A stretch of DNA of 64,000 nt from Eledone cirrhosa (lineage: Eukaryota). The DNA lies in assembly GCA_964016885.1 (NCBI GenBank), contig OZ024743.1, forward strand, positions 352,656,001-352,720,000. Direction: 5' to 3'. Under the pieces are notes generated by a model. That model was not told the DNA's origin. It did not search any database and was given only the letters and a program-made list of their open reading frames with translations. Made by a program: the position numbers and the translations under genes. Shown one piece after another: positions 25,523 through 39,513 of the stretch (position 1 is the stretch's first letter; each line of letters starts with the position of its first letter).

Positions 25523-28500
25523 TAAATAATCTTCTCCTTGTTAACTACCCCATACCCCTCCCTCCCGCCCCCACCTTTATTATTTGAACCAATCACAAGT
25601 CAACGGCCTATGCTATCACTTCTAGTTGCTTTTCGATATGATGGATGGACTAAGGAATTTCTGGAGAGTCTGAAGAATCTGGACACTCGAAGACAATGCC
25701 AAAGATAATGACAAATTCACCTCATGCTGACGAAAGGGCAAGGCCCCCTCCTCTTTGTTGCGGCCGCGGATGGCCAACATAACCCAAACCCCATCCCCCC
25801 CACCCCTTCCTGCGCCCCACCCACCAAACGCAATCCAAAACTTCAGAGTTGGTACCATGAATGTAGGCACCTTAAAAGGCCGCTCTAACGAGGTTGTAGA
25901 AATGCTTGAACGTAAGGAGGTTGATGTTTGCTGTATCCAAGAGACCAGGTGGAGGGGCGGGTCTGCTAGATTCATTGTGGGTAAAAAACGATGCTATAAG
26001 TTTTTCTGGGTGGGAAATGACAATGGGCTGGGTGGGGTAGGAATCATGGTAGCAGAAAAATGGGTGGATAAGATAATAGACATAAAAAGAATGAATGACA
26101 GAATAATTAACATAAGACTTGTTCTAAATGGAACTACTGTGACAGTAATATCTGTGTACGCGCCCCAATCCGGACTGCCTCGCAATCACTTTATCACCTA
26201 CAGATCAGAGGAACATACCAGCCAGTTAGATTATATCCTTACCAGAAGACGTGACAGAGTGTCTGTTGTAAACACTAAATCCTTCCCCCATGAAGAATGC
26301 ACCTCCCAACATAGACTGATAATTAGCAACCTCATAGTCAGGACGAGACGTACTAGACAGCAGAAGAGGACAATCCTCAGGAGAAAAATATGGAAGCTAG
26401 AAATAAATTTAAAAGCATATTACTTGATGCTTTTGACAGTAAGGAAGAGCATTTAGAGTCGTACAATATAGAGGAACAGTGGGAATTCCTGAAAGCAAAC
26501 CTGCTGATGGCGGCAGACAAAATCTGTGGCTGGAGCAGGCCTATAGGCAGGAGGAGAGTAACATGGTGGTGGAGGAGTCAATTAAGGCCAAAAAGCAGGC
26601 TTGGAACGTATGGCGGGATGGGGGAAGTAGAGAAGACTATCAAGTGGCCAGGAGGGAAGCTAGGAAACGAGTGTACTTCGCAAGAAGGGAAGCAGAGAAA
26701 AGAAAGTTCAAGCATGTTCTACAACGCGAGGACCAAAAACATGAGGTGTTCAGGATTGCTAGGCAATGTGTCAAGGAAAACCGTGATATTGTCGGCGAGA
26801 AGTGTGTACTTAATGATGATGGTGTACTTGCTATCACTGACGCTGATAAGAAGGTAGCTTGGAAGTGTCACTACGAAAGGCTACTAAATGAGGAGAATAA
26901 ATGGGAGAAAGACAGTCTCCCCCACATCGACCCAATAGAGGGACCAGCAGTGTTAGTCGAAGGTAGTATAATAAGTAAGGCAATCAAAGATATGAAGACG
27001 GGTAAGGCGGCTGGGCCTTCGGAAATAGTTGCTGAAATGCATGAAAGCTTCTGGAACAGTGGGACACACCATGGTCACCCGGATAGTAAACCAAGTCATA
27101 CAGAATGAGGTTGTTCCGAAGGACTGGCATAGCAGCATCATCATTAACTGCTTCAAGGGTAAAGGAGATGCCCTAGATAGGAGTAACTATAGAGGCATTA
27201 AATTAATTGACCAGGTCATGAAGGTCACAGAAAAAGTAATAGCGCAACTAATCAGAGAGAGAATTGATCTAGATGAAATGCAGTTCGGGTTTGTGTCAGG
27301 CAAAAGTACCACAGACGCTCTTTTCATTGTACGACAACTACAGGAGAAGTACCTAGCTAAAAGTAAACCCCTATACTTAGCTTTTGTCGACTTGGAGAAA
27401 GCCTTTGACAGAGTCCCCCGTTCCATTAGATGGTGGGCTCTTAGAAAACTAGGTGTTGATGAATGGCTTGTGAGAGCTATACAAGCCATGTATAAAGAAA
27501 CAGTCAGCAAGGTTAGAATTAACAACGAATATAGTAAAGAGTTTAGCGTAAAAGTTGGTGTTCATCAGGGCTCCGTTCTTAGCCCCCTACTATTTATTAT
27601 CGCCCAAACATGGAAGCATGGCCTAGAATCAAAAGGCCTTAAAATTAACCTGTCTAAGACTAAAGTTCTAGTTTGTAGGAAGGAAAATAGGGCGCCGGTC
27701 CCATCCGGGAAGTGGCCATGCTCAGTGTGTAGGAAAGGAGTAGGTAGAAACTCCATTTTATGTCCCAAATGGAAAGTATGGGTGCATAAAAGATGTAGTG
27801 GGATCACAGGTAAGCTAACTAAGAACATAGATTTTATATGTGGCCGGTGCTCTGGTGCAATAAGTAGCAGCAAGTGCCCACAGAATACTAGCTCATTCCA
27901 TTGCACAGATGGTTCTATAGAAATAGTGGACAGCTTCCATTACCTTGGTGACAAAATCAGCAGTGGGGGAGGGTGCTCTGAAAGTACAGTAGCTAGAGTC
28001 AGAACTGGATAGAAAAAGTTCAGAGAGCTTATACCACTATTAGCCGCTAAAGGGTTCTCCCTAAAAATGAAAGGCAGGCTGTATGATGTCTGCATACGAA
28101 CAGCAATGTTGCATGGCAGTGAGACCTGGCATTGTGTGCAGAGGATATACGCAGACTGGAGAGGAACGAAGCTTGCATGCTCCGCTGGATGTGTAATAGT
28201 AATATACGTGAACGGCAAAGCATAAACGAACTAAGGGAAATTTTAGAAATAAGAGGGATCAGATGTTGTTTACTCGAGAGAAAGCTACGTTGGTATGGTC
28301 ACGTGATGCGCATGAAAGACGACAGCTGTATAAAAAAGTGCAGGGCAATAAAAATAGACGGTAGCCACGGAGTAGGCAGACCCAGAAAAACCTGGGACGG
28401 CTTGATAAATTCCGACCTCACACACTTACACGTCTCCAAGACAATGTCACTGGACCGAGAGCTTTGGCGCTACACAGTAATAGAGAAGACCCGCCTTACC

Positions 28501-28890
28501 TAAGTACAAAGTAAAACCTACTACAGTCAGTAGGCACCTCTAACAAAATACACCCCCGTCCCACTACCCCCACCCCATCCACACCACCCCTTTGAATGTA
28601 AAGTTATGTTGGTACCACAACATCCAGCCCGAAACAAATGAGGTCGTGTAGGTGTCACGACAAAAAAACACACAGTCCACGCTGTAATGTGGCCGTGTAG
28701 GCAACACGGTAAAAACCTCCCAGTCCCACACTGTAAATGTGGTTGGTGTTAGGAAGGGCATCCAGCCGTAGAAAACCCGCCAGACAGTCCTATGCGAGCA
28801 AGACAACCACTCTTGCCTCAAGTGGGAAAACTCCCGTCCAAACCCATGCAAGCGTGGAATATGGACGTTAAACGATGATGATGATGATGT
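25523..28890 (+). mobile_element. Near-full-length RTE LINE (APE, RT with PHD-like insertion, 3' UTR, (GAT)n tail); internally deleted and non-autonomous
   Basis: GTMNVGTL, CCIQETRW, YAPQSG, QLDYIL (APE); NYRGIKL, QFGF, FVDLEKAFDRV, GVHQGSVLSPLLF (RT); CxxC..C..WVHKRC..CGRC; GRPRKTW. Frameshifts present and YADD missing. Interrupts an older SINE (25340-25520 continuing at 28890-29080). Confidence 0.95.
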
Positions 28891-29589
28891 ATCCATGTCT
28901 GTATTGTGCTTACACTAATTAACAACTAGTGTTATCTATTTATGTCTTATAACTTAACATTTCAATAGATATTAATAAAATAAGTTACACACTTAAAAAT
29001 AACTACTGGGCTGATACAAAAGACTAAACCTTGAAAACAGTACCCCAGCATGGCTAAAGTCCAATGACTGAAACCAGTAAAAGAATAATAAAAATAAAAT
29101 ACACATGTGTGTGAAGTAAAACATACATAGGCATAAATAGGAGGATAAAGGATAAGGAGGTAGGTTTACACTATATTTCCTCAAGGAACTTGTTGATAAA
29201 ATGAAGCTGTTGTAATGAGATTTGAAAATGAGTCATGGGCTCTGAATGCCAAGGCAAGCAAGAATACACAGCTTCAACATTGATATATAGTATTAATATA
29301 TAAGGGAACACAGAATCAGTGTTTCATGATATACATATTTATTTATGTATGTTTCACTATCGATACACACACACACACATTTTCATCTGCTTCCTATTTC
29401 ATCATCAACTGGCTATTTCTGCTGAAGAGATAGTACTACTGGATGAGTTTCCAAATACTAATTTCGAAACAAACCAAATAACAATAGTATTTATAGACTC
29501 AAGTAATTTTATGGTTATTCCTTAAGTGATTCCCAATATCAACAGCAATAGATGCCTAGACATGCATAATTTCCATTCACCTGCAAGAC

Positions 29590-29865
29590 ACCTTCAGCGA
29601 ATGCAACTGAAATATTTCTTAAGATACAAGATTTAAGCATAGAAATTGCTATTGCTGATTTACTCTCCTGGCAGTGGAGACTTCTGGTGTCCTCGGCCCC
29701 AGGGCTACCTCACTACTTACCACCATAGGCGCTGAGCTGGCCAGCAACAGGTGTGAACCCCGCGAGTTGGAGTGGCTTTTCCAGCACGTCTCCCCTTGCC
29801 GTCCTCCGTGGGAACGCCTTCTCCATCCTGTCCGCTGGTGCGGGGGGACGACGACGACGACGACA
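29590..29865 (+). mobile_element. 3' remnant of a CRE-clade (RLE endonuclease) non-LTR retrotransposon
   Basis: AVETSGVLGPRATSLLTTIGAELASNRCEPRELEWLFQHVS, then after a frameshift LAVLRGNAFSIL; fits the CRE C-terminal pattern AVET.G.WG...DPR...LFQR.S.A..RGNA. Confidence 0.7.
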
Positions 29866-31744
29866 TTGCGTAACATTCCATATTTAGGTATTATATTAAA
29901 CATTTCATATGCTTATCAAAAGAGTGCTTAATTATTGGAACTTACCAAGATACAAATGGTGTATATATAAGTTCTGAGATAGACATCTCAGATTTCATCA
30001 GCAGAAACAAAACCTCATCGGGATGTGATGGGGAGACTGAGTGACAAGCTACCAGTAGTTTGATAAAGGACAAAAATAATTGTAGTGTCAAGGACATCAA
30101 CTTTTTTAGTGCTAGTACCCCAATAATCCACCCAGTACACTCTGTAAAGTGGTTAAGAATAGAGAGGAGCATTCAGTAATGAAAGCCATGCCAAAACTGA
30201 AACTTATATATAATAAGCAGGGTATAACCTCCGACTTGTCTGGGAGGACAATAGTTCCAAATAAGTCCTGACTTGTTCTGTAACGACCCATCCAACCCAT
30301 GCTAGCATGGAAGAAGGAATGTTAAATGATAATGATGCTGAAACATTAAAAAAACTAAGAGAATTTGTTGTCCAAACAAAGAAATGAGTCCCCACATGTT
30401 GTTGGGGTTTAAGCAGGAAGTGAACTATGCTGAGTTGTATCTTGAATGTTTTATGAAAGCTGCTATACCATATAGAGAAACGGTGGAAATAAACAATGAA
30501 AGGAAGCTCATCAGAAAAAAGTTGTAAAAAAACACAACAAAACCTGAAACCTCACCAGAAATCTGTAGAGAAAACAGATGGAAGGGACTGCTTAATCTTA
30601 ATCAGCTACACCAGCAATTGCCAAACTGTATTGCATTTGTAAGGGTTATCAAAACATTAAGATATTTGTTGTAATCAAAGCAAAATTTTCTTCTTCCAGT
30701 TGTTTCTTTCAATGTGTGTGAAAGGGAAAAAAGACTGGGAAAAGGAGAGAAGCATAGAACCAGTTTCCTAAGGGCTGAGATTTGATAATACTATGGGAAT
30801 ATCAAGGTTATACTGACATGGAAGCTTGGAAAATAAAATTTTAAATTAGGTCAGGGGAAAAAAATAAGGTTTACAGGATAATGTATAAATTTGCTAATTT
30901 TATGGATGTTTCTAGGAAAGGAGAAATTTCGAACTAATACAAGTAGATTACAGATGAAACTGTTGAAAGAACTAAAAATGAGGATGAGGTGGCACTGATA
31001 CAGACAGGCAGTGAATATGTGCAAGAAAAACACACGGGTATTAAGTAACATAATATCTAAGAATATATATGCATATGCACACACACATTTACACAAAAGC
31101 ATACACACACACATATGGATACTACTTGACATTCAGACACAAATTATTTAACTAGTAGTAGTACTAGTACTAAAGATAATAGATTGAGTATACATGAAAA
31201 ACAGAAGCTCTAAGATAAATGGTTAAATAAGTAGCCATAAATAATAATCAGCTACCATACACAATATAATGTTTCTAGTAAGAGTAACATACATTTATCA
31301 AGTAAAAAAAAGTACTGCATGAATCTAGTGTAAATTATGTTTGTTTGATAGTGCCACCACCTTCTCTCTTTCTCTCATTCTAACAGTGCACATATATTCC
31401 CATAATTTGAGTACTGCATTGAATCACACCATTGCAGTCTTTAAAAAACTGTTAGTTTCATATTTTTAAAACCAGACAATCATGGTCTTAATCCTTTCTC
31501 TAGACAAGCAAATACATTTTTCATATTTTACTGAGAAGTCAATAATATTAAAAATGGCTTCTAATTTCAGCACAAGATCACAAATTCTTGGGGGTAGTGA
31601 CCCCTGCATTTGACTAAGCATAGAAGGCAAACTTAATCATAGTAAGATTTGAACTCAGAACCTAAAAGTTCTGGAAGAAATACTTCAAAGCATTTTGTCT
31701 GACACTAACGATTCTACCGAACCACTGCCCTTACATTGATAACA

Positions 31745-32160
31745 ACAATTTCTTATTAAGGCACTAGGCCAATAATTTTGAGGAAAGGGGAAAGTTGATT
31801 AAATCGACCCCAGCACTTGACTGATACTTTTTATCAATCCTATAAGCATACAAGGCAAAGTTGACCTCTGTAAGTTTTGAATTCAGAATGTAAAGAGTCA
31901 GAACAAATACCACTAAAACATTTTGTCTGGCATTAACATTCTGCTAATTCACTAACCTTGCAATAATAATTGTTTCTACTTTTGGCACAAGGCCAGCAAT
32001 TATCCCAGTACATTACTTGAGCTTTATTTTATTGACCCTGTAAGGATGAAAGGCAAAGTTAATCTCGGCAGGATTTGAACTCAGACCGTAAAAGGCCATA
32101 ACTCTATGCCATGAAGCATGGTGTCCGATGCTCTACCGATACTGCCAATTCACCGCCCAA
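31745..32160 (-). mobile_element. Two tandem SINE family A copies
   Basis: Match to family A consensus, including the GATTTGAACTCAG B-box complement. Confidence 0.8.
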
Positions 32161-34699
32161 TAATAATAATAATCAACTAAAATAATATGCCATGGGTTTC
32201 TACATATCTTCGTCTATAACTCATTAAAATACACACACAAACATGGAAGGAATGAACCTCCATTGGTTTTGACAATGAATGTTCCAATTGTACAATCAAC
32301 AGAACTGCTTCCACATCAAATTAATGTGTAAGTGATTGAGCATGTACCAAAACATAATGCACAGATATGTATAGAAAAACAGACACACAAACACAAGACA
32401 GATATGTACATATTAAACACACATATTACTAGCTATACCTCTGCACCTATTACATACAAAAGACTACTCCTTTTGTTAGCCTGCCTGCTATTCCACTACA
32501 CTTCTTGTGTACCCCTATTTTACCTCATGTATAGTGTCCTTACTCCTTTACTATATATTGTGCATGTCCATTCTTCTGATGGTATCAGAACATCTCTTTC
32601 CTGCTCACTAAAACTTTGCTCTTTGTAAAATATATTTTGAGCTCTATATGCAACAACAAAATCACTAACAATAATAACTAACTAAACTTGAGAAAACTCC
32701 ATGGTTGTTGACAACAAAGACACAATAATTACTCTGACATATATTTGTAAAATTACATGTAAAATTTTGTTGAAGTAATTTATCACCTCTGGATGGATAG
32801 CTAAGAAAGAAAATGAAATTATTTTATTTTGAGTCAACACCTAAGAATTAATATTACAATTACTATACTGCTATATATATATTTTTTTTTTTCAGATACA
32901 TTTTAGTGATAGCTTTTCATCTTTGTTTTCTTTGCTTATTGCTATTAACTACTCTAACAAAAATATCAGTTAATTTCCTAGAAAATGTAACATGTAAATG
33001 ACTATGACTAAATACTAGTGATAAACAAATCCCTATCTTATTAAATATTTTACCCAGTGTTATATTGATTATCATTGAATAAGCTAATCTAACTGAAAAC
33101 TGAGTTCTTTGTAAAAGATTCAGTTTAGCAGATGACAGTTAATTGCACTATAATTTCTAAAAATATAGATTTTAGTTTAGTAAAAAAAAAAGAAAAAAAA
33201 AAAACGGCCTTTGTCTTGCCCCTCCTTACCTCACCCACAACCATCACTACACCTTCATTAGCCAATAGCCCTACCAACAGTGCCATCACTTTAACAGGTA
33301 TTGTAGTTCTCGGTATATTACATATATATGTGCCTGTGATTATATGTCAGTAAATAGTGTTCACTTTTCTTTTCACCTTTACTTGTCTCTCCAAATGGAA
33401 ATTAAAGACATTGATAAAGGCTTAGGAGAGTGTTTCACATCAGTCCTTTCAATCTAGTACAATCTTTTTTGCCATGACCACCAGACCCTAAAACTCTGCC
33501 TGTCCTTCCTAACCAAAGGAAGACCATGAAGTCTGAGTAGGAAAGTATTACCACTCTGCACACATCTTGTATAAACATAGCTGACAGAACTTTTGTACCC
33601 ATAGAGTTTATTTTGAACTGCCAATGTCCTCTGATAGCACTGCCAGGCAAGGCATTTCTGGAAGTTGCCCATAGTCCCTAGCCTGAAATTCCTCCAGAAT
33701 AAAATGTTCGGCTGATGATCTTCGTCAAAGCCCAGCAATTCCCTGAGAACATTGTCACTCCTACACACCACAAATCCTCTCTAAAATGCAAGGGTGGACA
33801 TACCATCAACTGCATTATCCCAATGGCAGAAAATGATGGGTGCTTGACAACATATATAATAATGAAATTGTCATAAAGCTTCTCAGTCAATTTAGCATAA
33901 GTTAAATACATAGAAAAGAAATTTATAGTAAAACCTAACCAATGTAATTTACTAAATTCTATTATACAGCTTCTATATATTAGAAGTGTCAATGGTAAAA
34001 GTTCTTCATTCGGTATATAGACTGTAGCTATGTAATAACACAAATTCTGCAATGTGTACATTTCAGATTACATAAACTGAATAATGAAACCCAATTTAAG
34101 CAATAACAACAAAAAATTATTTAATTCCAAATAAAACTGATTTAGGAAGAGACTAAATACAACGACTCAAAACTTACAGAGAAGGAAAACAAAGTGTTAT
34201 CACATGCTAACGCACACATACACACACACGCACGCACATGTCTATCTCAGAACTTATATATACTCATATACATGAGTATATACAGTAATTATTTCTATTC
34301 AATACAACACCAACAATTTCATTTATAATGAATCAATCATAATACATACACCTCGTGCTTCCTTCTCAGCTTATCCTTCTACTGATAAACAAGAGGATTT
34401 TAGCAGTTAAATCCATGAGTTATGTTTATTGTGTGATGCAATCATTACGTAATGCTACCAGCATGTACAGACCTGTGAGGGTTAACTGCTTAATAAAAAG
34501 ATTTAGTTAAAAGAGCTATATATAGACATTGTGTGTTACAGATTGATGGCACCTACTCAACTTGATTTAATACTGACAGCAGTTAAATGCGATCACTATT
34601 ACAACAATACCATCATTTAAAAAAAAGATTAAGTATTTGGCAACAGAATTTAAAGTTAAAATTACACACAGCACACGCGTATGTGTGTGTGTATGTATG

Positions 34700-34745
<46 letters not shown>

Positions 34746-35529
34746 TGCATACATGCATGCGCGTGTGCAAATAGTCTTGCAATCTGAATATGGTGAGTAG
34801 AGAAAAAACCTTCACTCAACTGAGACTATCCTCACAATTTTACAACTGGAACTCCTGTTCAGATAATGAGAGGCAAGCAAGGGAAAGAAGTCATGTAGTC
34901 TGAGCCGATCCAAGTCTTCTGGAACAATCTAAGATAATATAGTGAGAGTGGATCTTGTCTATAAGCCAACTTGGTGAAAGCAATGGACATGTTTTAATCT
35001 AATTAGATCTCCTTAGCAAAGTATATTCATTTAACAAGTTGGCTAGAATATACCGACCAAATCCTCATCACCATCAATTAATGTCCACTTTCCATGCTAG
35101 CAAGGGTTGGACAGGCTGGGAGTCTGCATCTTGCCTACATATGGTTCTACATTCTACCAAGTGCATTTTATCATGGCACCGGCACTAGAAAGGTTATCAT
35201 GTCTTTGACACAATGGGAGGGTCCTGCCAACCCTTAGTTTAGCAAACTTTCTCTGACTAGATGCCCTTCCTATCACCATTCCCTTTACAGCATATATTGA
35301 GTGCATTCATAGTGTAGATCACCAACACTAGGAAGGTTGACAGGGGGGTTATACACTGATTATGAATGTAAAAAAAAGGATAGGAGCAAAAAAATGCATT
35401 ACATGACGTGTATACATACAAATAGTCTCATACTTTGATTTACACAGTTCTTTCTCCTGTTTATAAACCAAGCATACTTTATAAGTGTGTAGATATACAT
35501 GAGTGTGTATATATGTATGTATGTGTGTG

Positions 35530-35563
<34 letters not shown>

Positions 35564-35573
35564 CATACATGCA

Positions 35574-35650
<77 letters not shown>

Positions 35651-35949
35651 TACACACACAGTGCTTCAGTAAACTGGCATCCAATATATTCTTTAAAAGG
35701 TAACAATGTTAGGAACAGGGTTTGTTGCCTTCAGTAATTCACATTTGTTTATCTATTACAATAGCGAGTACCAGTAATACACTGGGTAATTGCTGGCCTT
35801 GTGCCTAAAGTAGAAACAATTATTAATTTTTTTATAATCAACAGCTGTGGCACTGCAACAGTTGCACATTTCTATAAACATGACTGGCTTGTTAAAGTGA
35901 GTTAACAATAGTTATCAATAACCAGTGAGTTAACAATAGCTATCACATA

Positions 35950-36140
35950 TAATTGCTTCTATTTTAGGCACAAGGCCAGCAATTACCCAGTACATTACTG
36001 GTACTTTATTTTATCGACCCCGTAAGGATGAAAGGAAAAGTTAACCTCGGCGGGATTTGAACTCAGATCATAAAGGGACATAACTCTATGCTTCAAAGCA
36101 TGGTGTCCGACTCTCTATCGATACTGCCAATCCACTGCCC
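35950..36140 (-). mobile_element. SINE family A (an inverted partial copy lies at 35765-35822)
   Basis: Near-identical to 37775-37960. Confidence 0.85.
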
Positions 36141-37564
36141 TTAGCTATCACATATAATGATTTATTATACTCTTTGAAAGGATGACCGTGGAGTGTGCAT
36201 TGTTAATACACATCAAAGGCAATTGATTGGCAGATTTGTTTGAGCATTGGACAATTGCTTAGCAGTATTTGTTTTGGCCCTTTATTTTCTGAGTTCAAAC
36301 CACCCAGATGTCAACTTTGTCTTTCATCCTTTTAGGGTTGATAAAATAAAGTAGCAATCAAGTAATGGGGTTCATATAATCAGCATTCCTTTTCTCCCCT
36401 AAATTTCTGGCCTTATTATTATTATTTCACATTCATTTTTCCATGATAATATGCATTAAATGGATTATTTAACAAACAAGCCAATACTTAATTGGGGCTA
36501 CAGTCCATATAAACTGGTCAGGGCCATGTCTCCCTTACATACACTCCAGTTTTAGCATGGCTTCTACAAGTAGATCCTATTCCTAACACCAACAATTTTA
36601 TAGAGTGTATGGCGTTCATTTTATTGTAGGACCAATACAGGGGAGGTTGTCATGTCCTTGACACAACTGAAAATTCCACTCAACCATTTGTTTAGCATTG
36701 TTCTACAGCTGAATGCCCTACCTAATGCCAACCACATTAGTTTCATATTGTTGTTGTTTAGTTCCTAGATCAGCTCTGACCTGATCAAGCTGATTTATGA
36801 TTAAATGCATTTTAGCCATGCCCATCCCATCGATTCAGGTATCATTTATCTCAGACTACATTATGTGATATATCCTTCCTTTTCTAAAGTTGAGAGATAT
36901 TTAGCTGCTCTTTCTTGCAATGTTGAGGCTTTCTCACTGGCTTGTTAAATTCATATTTTTTGTTAAATGAACTTGCTGAACACTTCATGAGCAGTCAAAG
37001 TCATTTATATGCTGAACACTTCACCTGAGCAGTCAAAGTTATTTTCAAAACAATCAAGAATTTAGAAATATTATTGTAGCATTTTTTGGTTATTATCATT
37101 TTCTTTTAACCTTGGGTCAGCTCTTCTAGAAAAGAATTGTGAGCAAAGAAATGCCAATTAAGACCATCCAGCCAATACTCGACACCCACACACACACATC
37201 CATCCAGAACTATATCATCCAGTATGTTTTTTAATCCTTTTGATACCAAGTTGCCTGAAACTGCACATGGTTTTATGACACGAAACTGCTCATTTTTAAA
37301 TGTTTATATTTATCTAAAAACTTTCCATCATAATTTTATGTAGGAACCTTTCTTAAGTTATGCTCCATACATCAACTTCATAGTGAGAAAGCTAGTCATA
37401 TTGTTTTCAAAATTATTTGAAACACATTAGTAGTGCATTTATTAGAAATATGGTAGTGAAGGGGGTTAAAGGTGGCAGGATGTGATTTGGGGCAGATTTG
37501 ACTGCTATTTCTGGTAGGTCAAACTATCCCATTCATAAGGATGTCACATTACTATTCATATAAT

Positions 37565-38175
37565 AATAATTGTTTCTACTTTTGGCACAAGGCCAGCAAT
37601 TATCCCAGTGCATTACTGGTACTTTATTTTATCGACCCCGTAAGGATGAAAGCAAAGTTAACCTCGTCGGGATTTGACTATAAAGGGGTGGAACTCTATG
37701 CATATATATATATATATATATATATACGTGTGACCCTCTACTGATACTGCCAATCCACATTTCTATTCATGTAATAATTGTTTCTACTATTGGCACAAGG
37801 CCAGAAATTACCCAGTACATTACTGGTACTTTATTTTATCGACCCCGTAAGGATGAAAGGCAAAGTTAACCTCGCCGGGATTTGAACTCAGAATGACAAG
37901 GGCCGTAACTCTATGCGTCAAAGCATGGCGTCCGACCCTCTACCGATACTGCCAATCCACAATGAAATTTCAGTTGAGATTTAACAAAGATAATTGTTTC
38001 TACTTTTGGCACAAGGCCATCAATTATCCCAGTGCATTACTGGTACTTTATTTTATCGACCTCGTAAGGATGAAAGGCAAAGTCAACCTCGGCGGGATTT
38101 GAACTCAGATCGTAAAGGGACGTAACTATGCTGGAAAGCATGGTGTCTGACCCTCTACCGATACTGCCAATCCAA
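37565..38175 (-). mobile_element. Three head-to-tail SINE family A copies
   Basis: TAATTGTTTCTAC...GATACTGCCAATCC repeated at about 37565, 37775 and 37990. Confidence 0.9.
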
Positions 38176-38584
38176 AAGATAATCTCAAGTAGTTTGATAT
38201 GGGAAAAGGCTTATTTTTTCAAGTCAATATCATTTTTTATTTTTTTAAATTTTTTAAATCGCTTTCTTTTCTTTTTTTGCATGCTTACATGGGTTGGACA
38301 GATCTTCTCTAGCAAAAGGGTGAATGACATTTCACCCAATAAGGTGCTCACACCTGTGTATTACCCTATAACCCAGTGGTACTCAGAGAACCGGTTCCCT
38401 TGTAATCCCATGTTTCTTCAATACCTGTCCCATTTTGAATTGTCATCTAGTAATTTTTCACTCAACTACAACATTAACATAAGCAAGCTTTTCAAACCTC
38501 AATAATTGTATAGTCCCAAATGGAATTAAGTCTGAAGCAGCTCTTTTTTAACTGAACTGTTAATTTGCAATCACATTTGTAGTA

Positions 38585-39505
38585 GGCTATATTGGTATTT
38601 CATTTGATATATACACAATATACACTATAGTGGGGTATATTGGTATTTCATTTGATATATACACAATATACACTATAGTGGGGTATACTGGTATTTCATT
38701 TGATATATATACAATATACACTATAGTGGGGTATATTGGTATTTCATTTGATATATACACAATATACACTATAGTGGGCTATATTGGTATTTCATTTGAT
38801 ATATATACAATATACACTATAGTGGGGTATATTGGTATTTCATTTGATATATATACTATAGTTGGGTATATTGCTATTTCATTTGATATATATACAATAT
38901 ACACTATAGTGGGCTATATTGGTATTTCATTTGATATATATACAATATACACTATAGTGGGGTATATTGGTATTTCATTTGATATATATACTATAGTTGG
39001 GTATATTGCTATTTCATTTGATATATATACAATATACACTATAGTGGGGTATACTGGTATTTCATTTGATATATATACAATATACACTATAGTGGGCTAT
39101 ATTGGTATTTCATTTGATATATATACAATATACACTATAGTGGGCTATATTGGTATTTCATTTGATATATATACAATATACACTATAGTGGGGTATACTG
39201 CTATTTCATTTGATATATATACAATATACACTATAGTGGGGTATACTGGTATTTCATTTGATATATACACAATATACACTATAGTGGGGTATACTGGTAT
39301 TTCATTTGATATATATACAATATACACTATAGTGGGGTATACTGGTATTTCATTTGATATATACACAATATACACTATAGTGGGGTATACTGGTATTTCA
39401 TTTGATATATATACAATATACACTATAATGGGGTATATTGCTATTTCATTTGATATATATACAATATACACTATAGTGGGGTATATTGGTATTTCATTTG
39501 ATATA
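38585..39505. repeat. 48-bp minisatellite, about 19 copies, with two 39-bp variants
   Basis: Unit GGGTATATTGGTATTTCATTTGATATATA(C/T)ACAATATACACTATAGTG; contains the palindrome CACTATAGTG. Confidence 0.97.
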
Positions 39506-39513
39506 TATATATA

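Noticed and set aside
27187-28218. Antisense ORFs over the RTE LINE
   Set aside because: Shadow frames of the RT coding sequence.
33454-33790. Possible exon with a kinase-like DLWCVGVTMF string
   Set aside because: No other kinase motifs, no clear donor site and no recognisable homology; an exon cannot be excluded without RNA data.
38585-39505. CRISPR-like array or 310-aa repeat protein
   Set aside because: No unique spacers and no cas genes; the ORF follows from a stop-free unit whose length is a multiple of 3.
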